26,371 bases of DNA from positions 1 to 26,371 of the forward strand of contig JAHLWS010000076.1 of NCBI GenBank assembly GCA_019057795.1, written 5' to 3'. Origin of the DNA: Promethearchaeota archaeon (lineage in GTDB: Archaea > Asgardarchaeota > Lokiarchaeia > Sigyniarchaeales > SOKP01). The notes under the pieces were generated by a model. It did no database searches, was not told where the DNA came from, and saw only the letters and a list, made by a program, of their open reading frames with translations. Shown piece after piece: positions 25,182-26,371 of this stretch. A program made the position numbers and the translations under genes. Each line of letters starts with the position of its first letter. Position 1 is the stretch's first letter.

Positions 25182-26371
25182 TATGAACGCTTAAGAAAAC
25201 ACCTCCATTTATGGGGGTGATGAATTAAGCACGATCTTTTTTAAAAAAATCAAAAAACCACTATACTTTAATCCATTTAAAGAATGATTCTTTCTTTTTA
25301 GGTATAAATGATTCGAGCTCTCAATGTTCGGATATATCCGAACAAGACGCAACGTACCCAGATTCGCAAAACAATAGGGTGTAATCGCTTCATTTACAAT
25401 CAGATGCTCGTTGAGAGGGAGGAAATCTATGAACGGTTTAAGAACGATAAGGATGCGCTTAAGGAGCACACCTATAAAACAGAAAAGCAATATAAGGTCG
25501 AGTTTCCATTTTTAAAAGAAGCTGATTCCATTGCCTTACAAGCCTCAAGAGAGCATTTGTTTAAGGCATATCAAAACTTTTTTAACGGTTTAAAAAAAGG
25601 TCGTAAGGTCGGCTTTCCAAAATTCAAGTCAAAGAAAGGAAAGGAAACCTATACGACCAAACAAACGAATGGAAACATCAAGATTGATTTTGAAAGAAAA
25701 AAATTAAAGTTACCAAAACTCGGATGGCTTAGATTTAACGATAAGAGGGTGTTTTCCGAATCGATCAAACATGCCACCGTTAAAAAAACGAAATCAAACA
25801 AGTATTTCGTTTCTCTGACCTTAGAAGCGCAGGAGGATGTAAAGGAACTACAAGAGGTACATGAGAAGGATGTTACTGCGTTTGATATGTCAGCAAATAA
25901 TTTTTTGGTGAATGATCTTGTTAAGATGGAGAATCCACGATTCTACCGTTTAGAGCAGAAAAAGACCAAGAAGCTAAGCAAGGAACTTTCGCGAAAGAAA
26001 AAAGGTTCTAAGAATCGAGAAAAAGCGCGTTTAAAATTAGCACGACACTACGATACAATATACAACAGAAAGAAGGATTGGACACACAAGCTCACCAGAA
26101 AATTAGCTGACACGTTTGATGCTATTATTTTAGAAAACCTAAACGTGAAAGGAATGCAGAGGTTCAATTCTGGTTTGTCAAAAACGGTTTCTTTAGATTT
26201 CTCGTGGTATCAATTCACGACCTATTTAAAATATAAGATGGAATGGTTAGGAAAGCATTTCATCCTCGTAGATAGATTTTTTGCTTCCAGTAAACTTTGT
26301 TCATGCTGTGGTTGGAAAAACAACAACCTTACCTTAAAAGAAAGAGTGTGGACGTGTCTGGATTGCGGAAC
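25182..26371 (+). mobile_element. IS200/IS605-family tnpB-only (IS1341-type) element, copy 2 (left part)
   Basis: Left-end hairpin AAAA-cacctcca-ttta-tgggggtg (25196-25219) inside gcttaa...ttaagc, with TTTAT at 25177-25181. Only about 90 bp separate the hairpin from tnpB, leaving no room for tnpA. Confidence 0.85.
25308..26371 (+). CDS. tnpB: TnpB RNA-guided endonuclease (3' end runs off the window; absent from the ORF track)
   Basis: MIRALNVRIYPNKTQ...IGCNRFIYN, GFPKFKSK, LKLPKLG, RuvC-I AFDMS, NPRFY, RKKKGSKN, RuvC-II LENL, and zinc finger CSCC...CLDC; frame open to the end. Confidence 0.95.
   Translation, partial: MIRALNVRIYPNKTQRTQIRKTIGCNRFIYNQMLVEREEIYERFKNDKDALKEHTYKTEKQYKVEFPFLKEADSIALQASREHLFKAYQNFFNGLKKGRKVGFPKFKSKKGKETYTTKQTNGNIKIDFERKKLKLPKLGWLRFNDKRVFSESIKHATVKKTKSNKYFVSLTLEAQEDVKELQEVHEKDVTAFDMSANNFLVNDLVKMENPRFYRLEQKKTKKLSKELSRKKKGSKNREKARLKLARHYDTIYNRKKDWTHKLTRKLADTFDAIILENLNVKGMQRFNSGLSKTVSLDFSWYQFTTYLKYKMEWLGKHFILVDRFFASSKLCSCCGWKNNNLTLKERVWTCLDCG

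Noticed and set aside
18653-25490. ORFs 18653-19000, 19824-20033, 20977-21219, 24579-24761 and 25209-25490
   Set aside because: Shadows of better-supported genes (mntA, chrB-like, RNase H-fold protein, oxidoreductase, tnpB).
1-26371. Window is a circular element with a single tnpB (terminal overlap)
   Set aside because: The overlapping 353 bp differ at about 18 positions. Joining the disrupted TumE-like gene to the DNA left of copy 2 gives only HKILYF* in an AT-rich promoter region, not a credible C-terminus, so these are two separate insertions.

Overview
AT-rich archaeal DNA, most likely from an Asgard archaeon (Lokiarchaeia-like). This assignment rests on a small GTPase carrying all five RabF motifs, archaeal TATA-type promoters and a zinc-ribbon membrane protein. 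Two directly oriented, ~95% identical tnpB-family (IS200/IS605) elements bracket the window, each cut by a window edge; the left one is inserted in a DUF6516/TumE-like toxin gene. The core is a nucleic-acid-processing cluster. It comprises an HD hydrolase, a Cas4/Exo5-like nuclease fused to a Pol-beta-type nucleotidyltransferase, a divergent three-gene operon (1499-aa Fe-S nuclease/SF1B helicase with Dna2-like layout, then Mre11, then Rad50, with no herA or nurA), and a convergent RNase HI. The right half is an accessory mosaic: DUF488, a stand-alone CARF-wHTH regulator with a palindromic operator, PAP2 phosphatase, several gene remnants, two MNT-HEPN toxin-antitoxin pairs around a ChrB-like gene (one pair inside a 48-bp direct repeat), an RNase H-fold protein, a degenerate Rab-like GTPase fusion, a GNAT and a Gfo/Idh/MocA oxidoreductase. 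The best candidate for an undescribed system is the nuclease-helicase/Mre11/Rad50 operon. No rRNA, tRNA or CRISPR array was seen. All family calls come from reading motifs by eye; no database search was run.
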